A DNA stretch of 64,000 bases from Podarcis tiliguerta (lineage: Eukaryota): the NCBI GenBank assembly GCA_965153285.1, contig OZ229110.1, one strand, 5' to 3'. Position numbers and translations under genes: made by a program. Below, in pieces: positions 50,411 to 63,020 of this stretch. The first letter of the stretch is position 1. Every line of letters starts with the position of its first letter. The notes beneath the pieces were generated by a model, which did not search any database, had not been told where the DNA came from, and worked only from the letters and a program-made list of their open reading frames with translations.

Positions 50411-50914
50411 TGTTGTTGTTTAGTCGTTCAGTCGTGTCCGACTCTTCGTGACCCCATGGACCAGAGCACGCCAGGCACTCCTGTCTTCCACTGCCTCCCG
50501 CAGTTTGGTCAGACTCATGTTTGTAGCTTCAAGAACACTGTCTAACCATCTCGTCCTCTGTCGTCCCCTTCTCCTTGTGCCCTCCATCTTTCCCAACATC
50601 AGGGTCTTTTCCAGGGAGTCTTCTCTTCTCATGAGGTGGCCAAAGTATTGGAGCCTCAGCTTCAGGATCTGTCCTTCCAGAGAGCACTCAGGGCTGATTT
50701 CCTGAAGAATGGAGAGGTTTGATCTTCTTGCAGTCCGTGGGACTCTCAAGAGTCTCCTCCAGCACCATAATTCAAAAGCGTCAATTCTTCGGCAATCAGC
50801 CTTCTTTATGGTCCAGCTCTCACTTCCATACATCACTACTGGGAAAACCATAGCTTTTACCATACGGACCTTTGTTGGCAAGGTGATGTCTCTACTTTTT
50901 AAAATGCTGACTAG
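50411..50914 (-). mobile_element. BovB (RTE clade) LINE, 5'-truncated 3' end with an open ORF C-terminus
   Basis: SILKSRDITLPTKVRMVKAMVFPVVMYGSESWTIKKADCRRIDAFELWCWRRLL...GVTKSRTRLND and (CAA)n tail. Confidence 0.95.
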
Positions 50915-51043
50915 ACCCGTGTCCCTACTTAGTACTGTATACTTGTCTCTAAATCTTCTGTAGCTTGCTGCAAAAGCTGCCATTGTCTAATGTGCTCACC
51001 TCGTAAATTTCAGGAAGTAAACATGGGAAAGAGAGGGCCTAGA

Positions 51044-51180
51044 GCAGGGGTAGACAATGTGGCGCCCTCCAGATGCTGTGGACTGCAGCTCCCATCAGCC
51101 CTGAACATTAGCCATGCTCACTGGGACTGATGGGAATTGTAGTCCAAAACATCTGGATGGCCATGGGTTGGAGAAAGCTG
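51044..51180. mobile_element. Degenerate palindromic hAT MITE
   Basis: ccctccagatgctgtggactgcagctcccatcagcc mirrored by gactgatgggaattgtagtccaaaacatctgga. Confidence 0.72.
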
Positions 51181-54100
51181 ATGTGTATGATTGAACAAGC
51201 AAATACAAAACAGTTCCCGGTTTGATTCCAAAGCTGGTCAATCCAAGATGAGCCCAACGCAAGTGATTCCTGCTCCCTGCAAAGCAGGTGCCAAACCATC
51301 GCCGAATGTCCAATGATTCCACTTCTAGATGCAGACTGCCAGGGTTCTCCTGTCCATTTTATTCACTCCCAATAGCTCCATCAGTGCAGTGGCAGCAAAG
51401 GAAGGTGTCTCAGCAACTGCCTCTGCCACAGCATAGCAGCGCGATTATTGCAATGTGAGTTGAGAAAACTGCCTACCCGCTAGTCATCTGCTGTGCCAGC
51501 TTATATTATTCTTAGCTCTACCATAAATCAGAAGGACCTGCAGTGACAGATCTCATTAATAAAACAGAAAAATGTTAATAACAAACATGTTGTTTGTTGC
51601 CTTATTTCTAATAAACCTTATCCTTTCCTCTGCACATTCCGAAAAAAGTGTTCAGCCTATCACACTTTTACTAATAAAAGCAGGCAGCATACCAGAGTTC
51701 CATACTGGAATCATTAGCTGTTCAAGTCTTTCCACAAAAGACCTATGAGGATTATAAACCTACCAAACTGCTGTAGGTCTAATCCTCACCCAGAAAGAAA
51801 CAAATGTTTAGCAAGAATAGCAAAACTGATCTCCATAACAAATAGCCCCACCCCAGATAGAAATGATTAAGAAAAATAAGATATGCTTGTACATGTTAAA
51901 TGCTTTTTTTTCTTTTTGCAAGAGAACTGTACTGTACAGTGATGCCTTCAACTCTGCGGCATAGGAAAAAAATATCCAGGATGACAAGGCAAATTTCTGG
52001 GCTGGTGTTTTCTAATCATCTGGTTAATGAGTAGAAGTATATTTTTGTTTTGTTGTTAGCATACTGCCAATGTTTTCTAGTGCTTATTATGGGGGGCTGT
52101 TTTTTTTTAAAGTTAATGTTTAATATGATTCTCCCCACCCCCTTTTTCTATGGTATAATGTATTTGTGTAAGTTTTTCTGTGTATGTAACTTGGCGTCCT
52201 TCTAGGTGATAAGTTTAAAAAATAATATAAATCAAAGAAACAAGTTCAGTTTTCATTAAAGGCTGTCCACATTTAACAGCTGCGTGACAGCCAGAAATCT
52301 GAATGCCTGTGAAATCACGACCAAAGCTGAATTGAAATTGATTGGGTTTTTTGGCTTACCCTACAATTGCTAAAGTACTGGCCCCTTTGTCAGGGGGTGG
52401 AGTGGGGGAATTTAACATTCCCAATTTTCACACAGTGTGCCAACTTATTTTATGGCTGACTTCCTCAGATGCTATCCCCAGATACCTCTCCTCTACTAGC
52501 GATACACAGATGACATCTGCACCATCTGGACTCATGGAAAAGTGACCCTTTTCTTCACAGTAGAGTTTCCACTGGGATTTGAATGATTTCTACTCCACCG
52601 CTAACCTAACCCTGCACCGTTCTGTTCAGCAAGTTAAGTTTCTGGACCCTCCCTCTCAATGCAAGTACACAAGGGGCATTAAAATGCCACTGGAAAACAA
52701 CTGCTGTGCTTATCTGTATCCTTCCAGTGATCACCTCGAAGAGCACACCACACAACTGTGAACTTAACTAATTTGACATGGGTCCATGATGGTAGAGTGA
52801 GCTGCATGTCATCATTTGAAAGGTTGGCCTTGATCTCTATTGCTTCTCAATGTAAACAAGCTTTGAGATCAAGGACCTCTGGAAGCCTGTGTCCTTTCTC
52901 TAAAGGTTAGAGTTCTCACAGTAACCTTAATTCTCCAACTCCAGTTGGTTTGCAACACAATGAGGGCTTTGGATCTCTTAGATGGGCTCTATTGACTGCA
53001 TCCTTGCTCAGCAGGGGTGGAGATAAATGATTCTTGTGCCAGGGCTGGCATCATTCATGTATCCAACCCAGAAAAACTTGTGTCTGGGATGTCAGCCAGG
53101 AGTTATTCAGCCTGACTTGATGGAAAACAACGAAGCCTTTAATACTAAACATTTAATAAAAAGAAGACCCTTTCAGCACTAAAGAAAACTGCATTTCCTC
53201 TTGCTCTCTTCCTTTTGCTGTGTGTCATCCTCATCTAACTGTCATACGCCATTACACTACAGGCTACCAAGAAGGCACTTTGATGTGGTCTACTCAGAAG
53301 GAAGTCACAAGGCAGCACAATCTCTATTTGCAATCTAGGCTTTGAGCTTTGTTCACGAGGTTATTAAATAAAGCTTGGTGTGTGGTGTACAAACACACAT
53401 TTGCAAATATACGTTGAAATAGCAACAGCTATCAGGGAAATGTTTTTGCAAAAATGTGTGTATTAGGCAAAAATGTGTATTTTAGGAGTGGTTTGCACTA
53501 AAATGCTCATGACTTTTCATGAGGACTCCCCCCCTCCATTTTTATTCTTCCAAACTACTGTGGAAATATAGAGACCTAAAGGTTGGAAGAATTAGGAATT
53601 GAGAGAAACCAAAACTGATATATCCCTATAACTGAGCATCATGTAACAGAGCTGGTTTCAGAAGCATCTCCAGCTGCAAACCTGAGGGAACCATTCTCAT
53701 AATATTATACAACAGCAGAGCCACAGCTCAGTTTGGGCTCTGCTCTATTTTGCATAATGATTAATCCAGCTGTGATGAAAATATCACAGGAACCTTCCTG
53801 CAGATTCCCAATGTGACTAATATTGATGCAACCTCTGTGGTAAAAGCTGCTGCTCTTCCTTTTGTAAATTATTCCAACGTCTTCACTGCCCTGAAAGAAG
53901 GGGCATTCTCAAACACTTTAGCCACCTGAAGAGTAAGGTAATCTCAACAACAGCAAAAACCCTTCACCCCAGCTATGAGAATTTATCTGAAACTTTCTCT
54001 TTTGATAATTATTGAATGCATTTCTTTTTTCTAGCTACATGGTCAGAACATGGCCAAAGGCACATCTGGTCAAACATCCAGTGGTCTGGGGATCAGAAAT

Positions 54101-55025
54101 CTAATTTGATACATAATTTGATTCCTTATGTGGTAAATTTGAACCATATATAAATAGTTTCACAACTGAGGATATTTCCATATATTCCTAATTGTGGGTG
54201 TGCAGTATTACATTCAGATCCCAAGCAGATATATGACAAGTATGGAAACCCTCTCTCTCTTTTGAGCACAATTTCCTCTGCTTTGTAAGTTGAACAGGGC
54301 AAAATTTCTCCCATATCTTGATCAAAATGCACTAGAGCTACTAGGAGTAAACATTTGCTTTGGGTGCTAGCCTATAGAATTCCAGCTAGCCGTCCCTGTT
54401 AGGATTATAGCAACCTTCTCCAACCTGGTGCCCTTTTGGGCTACAACTCTCATCAGCCTCAGCAAGCATGGCCAGTGGCCAGGGGTGACAGGCATTTTAG
54501 ACTAAAACATTTGAAAGGCAACAGGACGGGGAAGACTGGTATACAATATGCAAGTCCAATAATTTTAATAATCAGAAATTGTGAAAGAAGCTGTGTCATC
54601 ATTGAGGTAGGTAATGAGTGGGCCTGGCAGCCGAAGGGTCCCAACTCCCTGAGCTTTAAGAAAATTGTTAACTTGCTACGGCACATTTATGCAGTTAATG
54701 CCATTGCTTATAATTAATCTGGCAGACTTTTAAGCAGAGTCACTCCCCTGGCATTCAGATGGATTACGCTGCTGCTTTTGGCTTCACTCAAATATATGCA
54801 GTTGAATTTACTGTACACAAAGCTCAGGTTTCCAAGAGATGCATAATTTAAAGTGGAGCCTGTTAAAGAAATGGTTTGCCCTTAAGGCAAGAACAAAGAA
54901 GAGCAGCAAACTCCCCGCTTCCCCCAGATTCTAGAGCAATCCTTCAGGGACTTAAAATAAAAAAATAAAATCAGCACTGCAACTTTATCGAGATTTGTGT
55001 TATGCTGGGACTGAGAAGCAACACA

Positions 55026-55266
55026 CAGTCAAACCTCAGTTCCCAAACGCCTCCGTTTTGGAACGTTTCGGCTCCTGAATGCCAAAACCCCGGAAGTAAG
55101 TGTTCCTGTTTTCGAACATTTTTCAGAAGCCAAACATCCGACGCGGCTTCTGCTTGAGTGCAGGAAGTTCCTGCAGCCAATCAGAAGCCACGCCTCGGTT
55201 GTTGAACATTTTGGAAGCTGAACGGGCTTCCAGAACAGATTACGTTTGACAACCAAAGTGTGACTG
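55026..55266. mobile_element. Tc1/mariner MITE, family B (opposite orientation to 674 and 42090)
   Basis: Shared gccaatcagaagccacgcc core and TIR remnants. Confidence 0.82.
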
Positions 55267-55316
55267 TATACTAAATGGTGCCTCCAGTTTTATAGAAGTC
55301 ATTTCTTAGCTGCCAA

Positions 55317-55448
55317 TAGTTCTATTTTTTCTAGAAAAAGAGGTGCTCACCATGAACCCCTCCCTTGTTCTCTTAGAATGGCAATGGCTCCCACCTGAGA
55401 GATGCTGGAACTGAGTTCTGGTGAGTTCTGGCTGAAAGAAAAGCCCTG
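55317..55448. mobile_element. hAT-like MITE (cagtgctttt/aaagccctg family)
   Basis: Aligns with 21091-21211. Confidence 0.7.
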
Positions 55449-55604
55449 CCTGCCGCTAACGAATATAAATGTATTTATTTTGCCAAATTCATTGGAAATT
55501 TTGTGTGACCAGATACAAAGGACAGGATTCCTGTTCCTTCAATAATTACAGAGCAGCTCTTTCCACTGAGATAAACTGGGTGGATGGGGAGTAAAATGGT
55601 AAAT

Positions 55605-56382
55605 GTAATTTTAGTGCAAGCAAGTGTAAAGTGATGCACACTGAGGTAAAAAAAAAAGAAGTCGTCTTAATTTCACTTATACATTCAATGGTGTGGCTGA
55701 GATCTTGTGGTTGTTGTGGATGGCTCAGCTGTAAAGAATGTGAATTTGAATGTTAAGGATCATTATGAAAGGGATGGGAAATAAAACAGCCAATGTTATA
55801 AAGCTGTTATAAAGCAACAGTGTGATTGTCTAGTTCTGGTTACCTCACCTCACCTCAGAAAGGAGATTGTAGAGAAGGTTCAGAAAAGGACAACTAAAAT
55901 GTTCAAGGGGGTGGGGCAACTGCCCCATGAGGAAAAGCTAAACAGGCTAAGCTTTTTAGCTTAGAAAAATGGTAAGTCGGTGAGGTCATGACAGAGACAT
56001 ATAAGATTATGCAGTGCGAATAAAGAAAATGTTTCTCTATCTTTCACAACACTAGATCTCAGGAACATACAACAAATCTGAATGTTGGAACATGGGAGAT
56101 TCAGGACAGAGCAATACTTTGCCACACATAGTTGGGTTCATGAGATGTAGCAATGGCCACCAACTTGAAGGGGTAAAAGATAATACAAATTTATGAAGGA
56201 GATGGCTTTCAAAGGTTACTAGCCATGATAATGATATTCTGCCTCTACTTTAGGAGCCAGTGGGAAGAGTGCTCAAGTCCTATCTGTGGGCTCCTCGTAG
56301 ACTGCTGGTTGGCCACTGTGAGAACAGGATGTTGGATTTAGATGGGCCTTTAGCAAGATCCAGGAGGGCTCTTATGTGCTTA
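55605..56382 (+). mobile_element. Degenerate CR1 LINE 3' fragment
   Basis: Colinear with 1730-2416; ends gggctcttatgtgctta. Confidence 0.82.
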
Positions 56383-57346
56383 AAGGAGAGAAATTGAATC
56401 AACCATATCTGGTTCGTAGATTCATCAGCATTGATCCATTAGCTTCCTTCTTCCTTCAGTAACAATGCTTTATTCATTCATACATTTCATGAAATTTATA
56501 TACACCTTGACTATAATCCCCCTATAATGTTTGGAAGACAGAGAAAGTCAGAGAGATGCATGTGATTTAATCCATGAGAATTAAACAAATGAGGAAATGT
56601 TTCTACAATTCAGGTGCCTGGGTAATTTATTAGTGGGCGGTCTAACAGCTGTGCTTTCTGCAAGATTGCTCTGTCTGGTAGTGGAGAGAAAGAGGTGGAA
56701 GCCCTCTGACTGTCTAACCCAGAGAGTATGTTTCTTAAGAAAAACTCTAGGTTTTGAAAGTGGCCCACGCTTTCTTTATTTGAAAACAACGGGAAATACC
56801 TTGCAGAAATAAAAGGCGCTGCTCGTACAAGAATACAATGCTATATCTGCTCTAAACATCTGAGGAACAGAGTCTGCGCTGAGCATGTGATTTCTGCTTT
56901 GACAGCATGTGGGGCTATGCACTGCATCTCTGCATGTTAACTTTTAACAAGAGCCATATTTTAAATTGAGCCAAGGTCGAAGGGTCAGCTAGAGCACCTG
57001 AGATTTCATGTGAAACCAGGCCCGTTCAAAGGGCTCCTTTTTCCTGACACGAGAAAAGCTTTTGCACAAACCTCTCTTATTCTGCACTTGAGCCAATCAC
57101 TTGTACAAAATGGGTTCTTTACTCTCCTCTCCCCCAGCATAATCAGCAGAACTTGAATTGGCCCGTAGACATCGTAGCAATGGGCTCCCATTTTGTATAT
57201 CCCATTTTGTATATCTTGGTTTGTGATGGGAGTCTACATACAGTGGGAAGGGAGAAGCAGGCAGGCAGAAAACAGCCATGTACTCTATCCTGAATGCCTT
57301 AGAGGAACAGCGGTCTAAAAGTACCACAAGTAAATAAGGAGAGAGG

Positions 57347-57347
<1 letters not shown>

Positions 57348-57394
<47 letters not shown>
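57348..57394. repeat. (TTA)15 microsatellite
   Basis: Read directly from the sequence. Confidence 0.93.
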
Positions 57395-58538
57395 TGGTAT
57401 TATCACTGTACATTACATAATTCTTCCAAAGCTCTGTTCCTATTCACACTAGGGGAAAATGAAGCTAAAATGAGTCCTTTGCCTGTGTCTCTGCCCAATA
57501 AAGGCGGATTTGGGATTGGTTAAATTAGAGGCAAGAGAGAAAGGCGCCGGACCAGGCTGAAATAAGTCCCCATGCCAGGAGTTGCTTGTTCCTGTTTTAT
57601 GAGAAACAACACAGGCCAAATTAGTGTACTGGCAGGTTTTTTTGGGCCATCAGAGACCAAAGAGTTAATCCTATTTACAATAACAACTGCTGTGGGACTT
57701 GGATAGCCTGCCTGGAGTTGGTCCAGCCAGCTAATTAAAGCCCAGGCTGGAGGAAAGATGGAGAACCTTAATTATTGCTCATAAAACCAGAAGGAAGGAA
57801 ATCTGGGGAAGAAAATACATTACTGAGGAGGTGGGCATTGCCTTGTCAAAGTGCACCGTTTAATCTGCTCTCGTTTTCCTTTTCTTTCTCTTGCTCTCCT
57901 CTGTCTTTGCCATGTACATTTCTTTTTGAGGTTCTCGTTTATTTCTCTCCCCCCTCCCCTTTTCTCCTTATCGTTTCTTTCATTCTTGGGCCTTCATTTT
58001 TCTTTCTCTTTTATTTTAGGTATTTCTTACATTATTGCTTTCATTTTCTCTTTTCCCTTGAGTAAAACATTCTTTTGTTTCATTTATGGGTAACCAGCAT
58101 GAGAGCTTCAGCTAAAGCTAGCAAGCTTTCACCGCTTGACGCCTCTAATTATGGCTTTCAGGGAGTTTTTTTGTTCTTTTGATAATGGCATTTTCCTTCC
58201 TGGGCCTCCATGAGTGATTGGGCCAGTCAACATGGATGTTTTTCTTATGTGCTATCCAAGAGAAACATCTGAACTAAATTTTCTTTCCAGGTTTGCAGAG
58301 TCCAAGCAGTAGCCAGAGGACTTCCCAAGCCTCCACAATATACAACAAAAATTGGCAACACATCCTGTCCCAGGTTCCAGCCAGAAAAACAGCAAGCACA
58401 ATGAGCGCACTAGCAGAATGGGAAGGGAAATATACACTGAGCCCAGTGGTGGGAGAAATAACTCCCACAATAATGACCCAATTATTCTTATGCCTGATCT
58501 ATAAAGTCGTTTAAGTCCCACCTTCTTTTGTAACTCAG

Positions 58539-58710
58539 GTTGCATACACAGCATACATTTAAAGCACATGTAAAGTATGTTCCCCAAAGAATCCTGGGAA
58601 CTGTAGTTTGTTAAGGGTGCTGGGAATGGTTGCTCTGTGGTAGGTGAACAGCAGTTCCCAGGATTCTTTGGGGGAAACAGTGTGCTTTAAATGTATGGTG
58701 TGTATGCAGC
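58539..58710. mobile_element. Palindromic ~170-bp MITE
   Basis: gcatacacagcatacatttaaagcaca...ccccaaagaatcctgggaactg mirrored by cagttcccaggattctttgggg...tgtgctttaaatgtatggtgtgtatgc. Confidence 0.85.
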
Positions 58711-60711
58711 TTCAGAAGGGCCCAGCAGAAGGTTAACACAGTTTGGGATTAATACAGTTTTGCACGTTGTATATATGGAACAAGCTCTCAAAAGCGCTTC
58801 TTAAGAGTACCTCATGACTCCCAAGGGATGGATTCAAATAAATAGTTGCACTAGTGGGAACCTGCACAATGAGTCCCACTAGCGCCATGGGACTCGGCAA
58901 ACCTTTTCCTCTCCACATGCCTCCACAAATCAGCACTGCTGGGGCAAGGTATTGGCAAAACCCTAAGAAGAGTGCATGAGGGTAGAAGGGGGAAGATCTT
59001 TCCATCCAGCAAGGAGAAATGCTTGTGCTGACGGAACAATCCTATCAGCATGACGCTGAATTCTAGCCCATGTGCTTATTTAATGTAAACATTTATATTC
59101 CGCTTTTAGAAGAATTTCCTCCACAATGAGGCTTGTGATCTCAATTAAAAACCGACACCATCTGGAAATGAAGATACAAAACTACGAAATACAAAAAACC
59201 AGAATAAAAAGTAGAGTACAGAAATATACTATAAAGCATAATATACATAATAAAAAATGGATTAAGACATTTTAAAAAACCCAGTCTAGGGCAGTCCTGC
59301 CATGCAAACAGATCAAGGTATGGAGGACTTCTCTTCCGAGAAATGAAATGCATTCTCTGGATGGTAAGCCTTCACCGGAAGCCTTCAGTGGGCATTCAGT
59401 TTCTGTTGAGTATCTTCCTCTGGCTGATGGCTGTTGCTTCAGGAGATATCTGATGAAGTTGCCCCCCCCCCTAACTAGCAGGATCAAGTAGAAAGAAGGG
59501 CATATGGAATGATTTAAAGGGGAGGGAGGGAGGGAGAGAGAATGAAGTAGTATTAAGACAGACTTTTCATTGCTCATAAGCTACCCACGTATCTTTGGGG
59601 TTTTCCTTCTTTTTTTGAAATCATGATCATTTTGCATGTTTGACCAGTTAGCTATTCCACCACGTTATGTGCTATTGGTCACCCTTAGATACTGTTGCTA
59701 GCTGTATTGTTTATTTTAAACAAACATTCTCTGAGTTCTGTGACTAGAAAAAGGAAGCGATATGTTATCTGTTTGACTTCGTTGGTTCATTGATACTCGT
59801 GGGCCACTGGAAAGCAGAACTTGGTTCTTTGAAACCAGTGATGTGATGATTAATCAGCAGCTGTTCTTAGGACATCCTGTGACTTGATGTATTAGCTAGG
59901 CTTGCCATACATCAGGAAAATCCCTGGTTGTTTTCGGGTGTAAAAATGGCATTGGGGGGTTTCTTTAAAAAAAGCTCAACAACCCTAGTTTTAGCAAAAA
60001 TTAAAATACTGCTAAAGAACAGGGGTAACAGAATTTTGGGGTGCAAGGGCACACATATCTACTGGAGTTAGCAAATGTTAGAAATAAATAAACAATAGAA
60101 TTTATTGAAGGGAAGATGCTGGGCCAGGGCCTCACCTGGGATGGAAGTTGCTAAGAATGACAAAAGGTGCTAGAAGCAAGTCGTCAACACATCCATGAAA
60201 AACATCAACAGGGCACAAGATTCCTTGCATGGACAGAGTGGGAGGTTGACAAGGTTCTGGGGAGGGGGCATGATGCCACACAGAAAAAACTGTGTCCTCT
60301 TGAAATCTAGAGGTGGGGTGAGAAGGGAGAGAACTTGAAAAGCTCCTGTAAAGGCCAGAATCATCTTGGTTCACTGGCTGAAGGCAGGATGAGAAAGAAG
60401 CACAGAGAAGTCTGGGAATCCAAGGCTGGGCTGTTGTGAAAGTGCTCCTCTTCCTGAGATGTGAATGCTTTGAAATCCATTTTCTCAAAAGGAACAAGTC
60501 CCTGGTGAATCTTGTGCACTGCTTGGCAAAGACTGGGTGGCAAGTAACAGGACTTTATGGCATGAAGCAATAACCGTGTTGTCAGAATGGGTGCCCTTTA
60601 TGAGTAATGGGCTGTAGAATGCATGACTGAATGCTATTCCTTACCAAAAACAAAAGTCTCTCTACCACACAGAAGCCTAGATTTTGGGGAAAGAATTCCT
60701 ACCTTCAATGG

Positions 60712-60892
60712 CTACTAGCCATGATGGCTCTGGTCTGCCTCCACAATCAAGAGGCAGTGATGCTTCTGATTATCATTTGGTGGCAAACCAGAGGGGAAAA
60801 TGCTGCTGTGCTTGAGTACTGCTTGCAGGTTTATCACACCTGGTTGGCTGCCATGAGAAACGAATGCTGGACTAAAATGGGCCACTGGCCTT
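60712..60892 (+). mobile_element. CR1-associated 3' UTR fragment
   Basis: Aligns with 2207-2390. Confidence 0.7.
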
Positions 60893-60959
60893 CTTTCTGG
60901 TATGCTAGTGTATCTTCGTCTGTGGCGATCACTCATAGCCAAGAAAGATTGTATTCCAT

Positions 60960-61520
60960 AAACACAGTTTTAACAGTGAGTGCATAAGTGACTGCGGAGG
61001 CCAATTCTGGAGCCACATGTCCTTCAACAGTGGGGACATAGGTTTCTGGGCAAGAGTTGATCACGGTGAGGGTTTGCCAGACATGCCTTCCTCTTAGCAC
61101 ATTTCTCCCTTGCGTCCTGAGTTCGAGCGTCTTCTAAGTCTATGACACCTTTGGTAAAAGCTGTTCTCCAATTGGAGCGCTCACAGGCCAGTATTTCCCA
61201 ATTGTCGGTGTTTATACTACAGTTTTTTTAGTTTTGCCCTGAGAGAGTCTTTAAACCTCTTTTGTTGACCACCAGCATTACGCTTTCCATTTTAAAGTTT
61301 GGAATAGAGTAGTTGCTTTGGAAGACGATAATCAGACATCCAGACAACATGACCAGTCAAACGAAGTTGATGTTGAGGAATCATTGCTTTGACACAGGTG
61401 ATCTTTGCTTCTTCCAGTACACTGGCATTAATTTGCCTGTCTTCCCAAGTCATGTGTCAAAATTTGCAGAGACACCGTTGATGGAATCTTTTGAGGAGCT
61501 GGAGATGGTGTTTATAAACG
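60960..61520 (-). mobile_element. RTE-clade LINE (non-BovB) 3' fragment, degenerate
   Basis: Minus-strand translation: YKHHLQLLKRFHQRCL...WEDRQINASVLEEA...QLRLTGHVVWMSDYRLPKQLLYS...GGQQKRFKDSL. Confidence 0.85.
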
Positions 61521-61695
61521 CCATAAATACAAGGGCATAAGGAGGTTGTTTGTGATGGAGCATTCCAACATATTACCTGAAATGGACTACCACCCACCAT
61601 TGTAGGTGATGGATCCTTGGGCATCTGCTGCCTTGAGAGGATTGCTTCTCTACCCTTCATGGGATTCTACCTATCCTATCTGCTGTTTTGAAATA

Positions 61696-61724
61696 ATCAT
61701 CATCATCATCATCATCATCATCAT
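61696..61724. repeat. (ATC)n microsatellite at a LINE tail
   Basis: Read directly from the sequence. Confidence 0.9.
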
Positions 61725-62283
61725 ATTTTTTTATTTATACCCCGCCCTTCCCGGTTCAGAAAACTGGGCTCAGGGCAGCTAACAACAAATTTAAAACACT
61801 TAATTGTAGATGCAGCATAAAATACAATATAAAAACATGAATAACAATAAAATTCAAAAAATCAAATTGGGGAAAATCCATGTAATAAGCATTAGATAGT
61901 CACCAGGGCTAGCTGGCTGAATTAGTCCTACTTGGGTCAGCGAGGAGGCCAGGGGAGAATTAACTGTGGGGTCTCAGAGCAGATAATCTTCATAAAAGGG
62001 GAGGGGGGTTGAAGAGAAAGGAAATAAAAGATCAGGCTGAATTCAAATTTAAGGCCAGGCGGAATAGCTCTGTTTTACAGGTGCTACGGAAGGAGGTTAA
62101 ATCCTGAAGGGCCCTAGTCTCATGGGACAGAGCATTCCACCAGGTCGGAGCCATCACTGAAAAGGCCCTGGCCCTGGTGGAGGATAGTCTGACTTCCTTA
62201 GGGCCCGGGACCTCTAAACTATGGTTATTCATGGACCTTAAGGTCCTCTGTGGAGCATACCAGGAGAGGCGGTCCCGTAAATA
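61725..62283 (-). mobile_element. L2-clade LINE 3' end
   Basis: RARAFSVMAPTWWNALSHETRALQDLTSFRSTCKTELF in ORF 62032..62232. Confidence 0.85.
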
Positions 62284-62599
62284 CTGAGAGACACTTCCAC
62301 ACGACCAATGATCTGTAGATGGAATTCAATCGCATAGCAGCAAACTCAGATGGAGCAATTAAAGTGGATCTGTGTTCTTGCACAAGAAACTGCTTTCCAC
62401 TCAGTCCCCAAATTGACCCTTTTGCAATACGGAAAGTGACAGGGAAATGCACCCGAGATGGTGGCATAACCATTTCTTGACGCAATGCATTGTAACCTCC
62501 TGGAAAACAACTCAGAATAACTGCTCGCTGAACTCCTGGTGACATATACAGTTTGCGAAATGTGTGGCAACAAATAGTGATGAATGCTCAGTAAATAGT

Positions 62600-63020
62600 C
62601 TGGAAGCGACATGGGCAAACAGGAGGGGAAGGGAAGGCAAGAGGACTCATGCCCACCCACCTGCCAGCAAGGTGGGTTTTAAGGAGGGATTTGAGAGGCG
62701 TGGCATCCAGAAGATGCTTGAGAAGGCAGGTCCCAGAATTCAGAGCACCAAGGAAGAAAGGCCTAGTCATCTTCAGATGGTTGAAAGTGGTGGAGATGGA
62801 ACTGCAGAGGCGACTGGCAGTGATTTAAGGAGCTGGGTGGGGGGTGGGCAGGGAGCCAAGTGCATGGAGGAATTTGAAGATAACGCCCAAGGAGATTGTA
62901 TCCAGGACCAGACAGGAAGTCAGTGTATGGATTTAAGGAGGGAAATGAGGTGACTGGTGACAAGAGAAATGGATGATTTTGACAGGAGAGAGAGAATCAA
63001 GGGAGGCGTTGGGAATGATG
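62600..63020 (-). mobile_element. Old L2-like fragment
   Basis: Minus-strand LKSLLKTHL motif; purine-rich + strand. Confidence 0.55.

Noticed and set aside
50420-50983. 187-aa ATG ORF as a host gene
   Set aside because: It is a truncated BovB C-terminus with a fortuitous ATG in the flank and lacks the RT core.
41170-52440. Scattered CACAGTG heptamers as V(D)J recombination signals
   Set aside because: No ACAAAAACC-like nonamer seen at 12/23 spacing and no V/J segments.
57775-58093. Phe-rich, membrane-like ORFs
   Set aside because: Translation of a low-complexity T/C tract.
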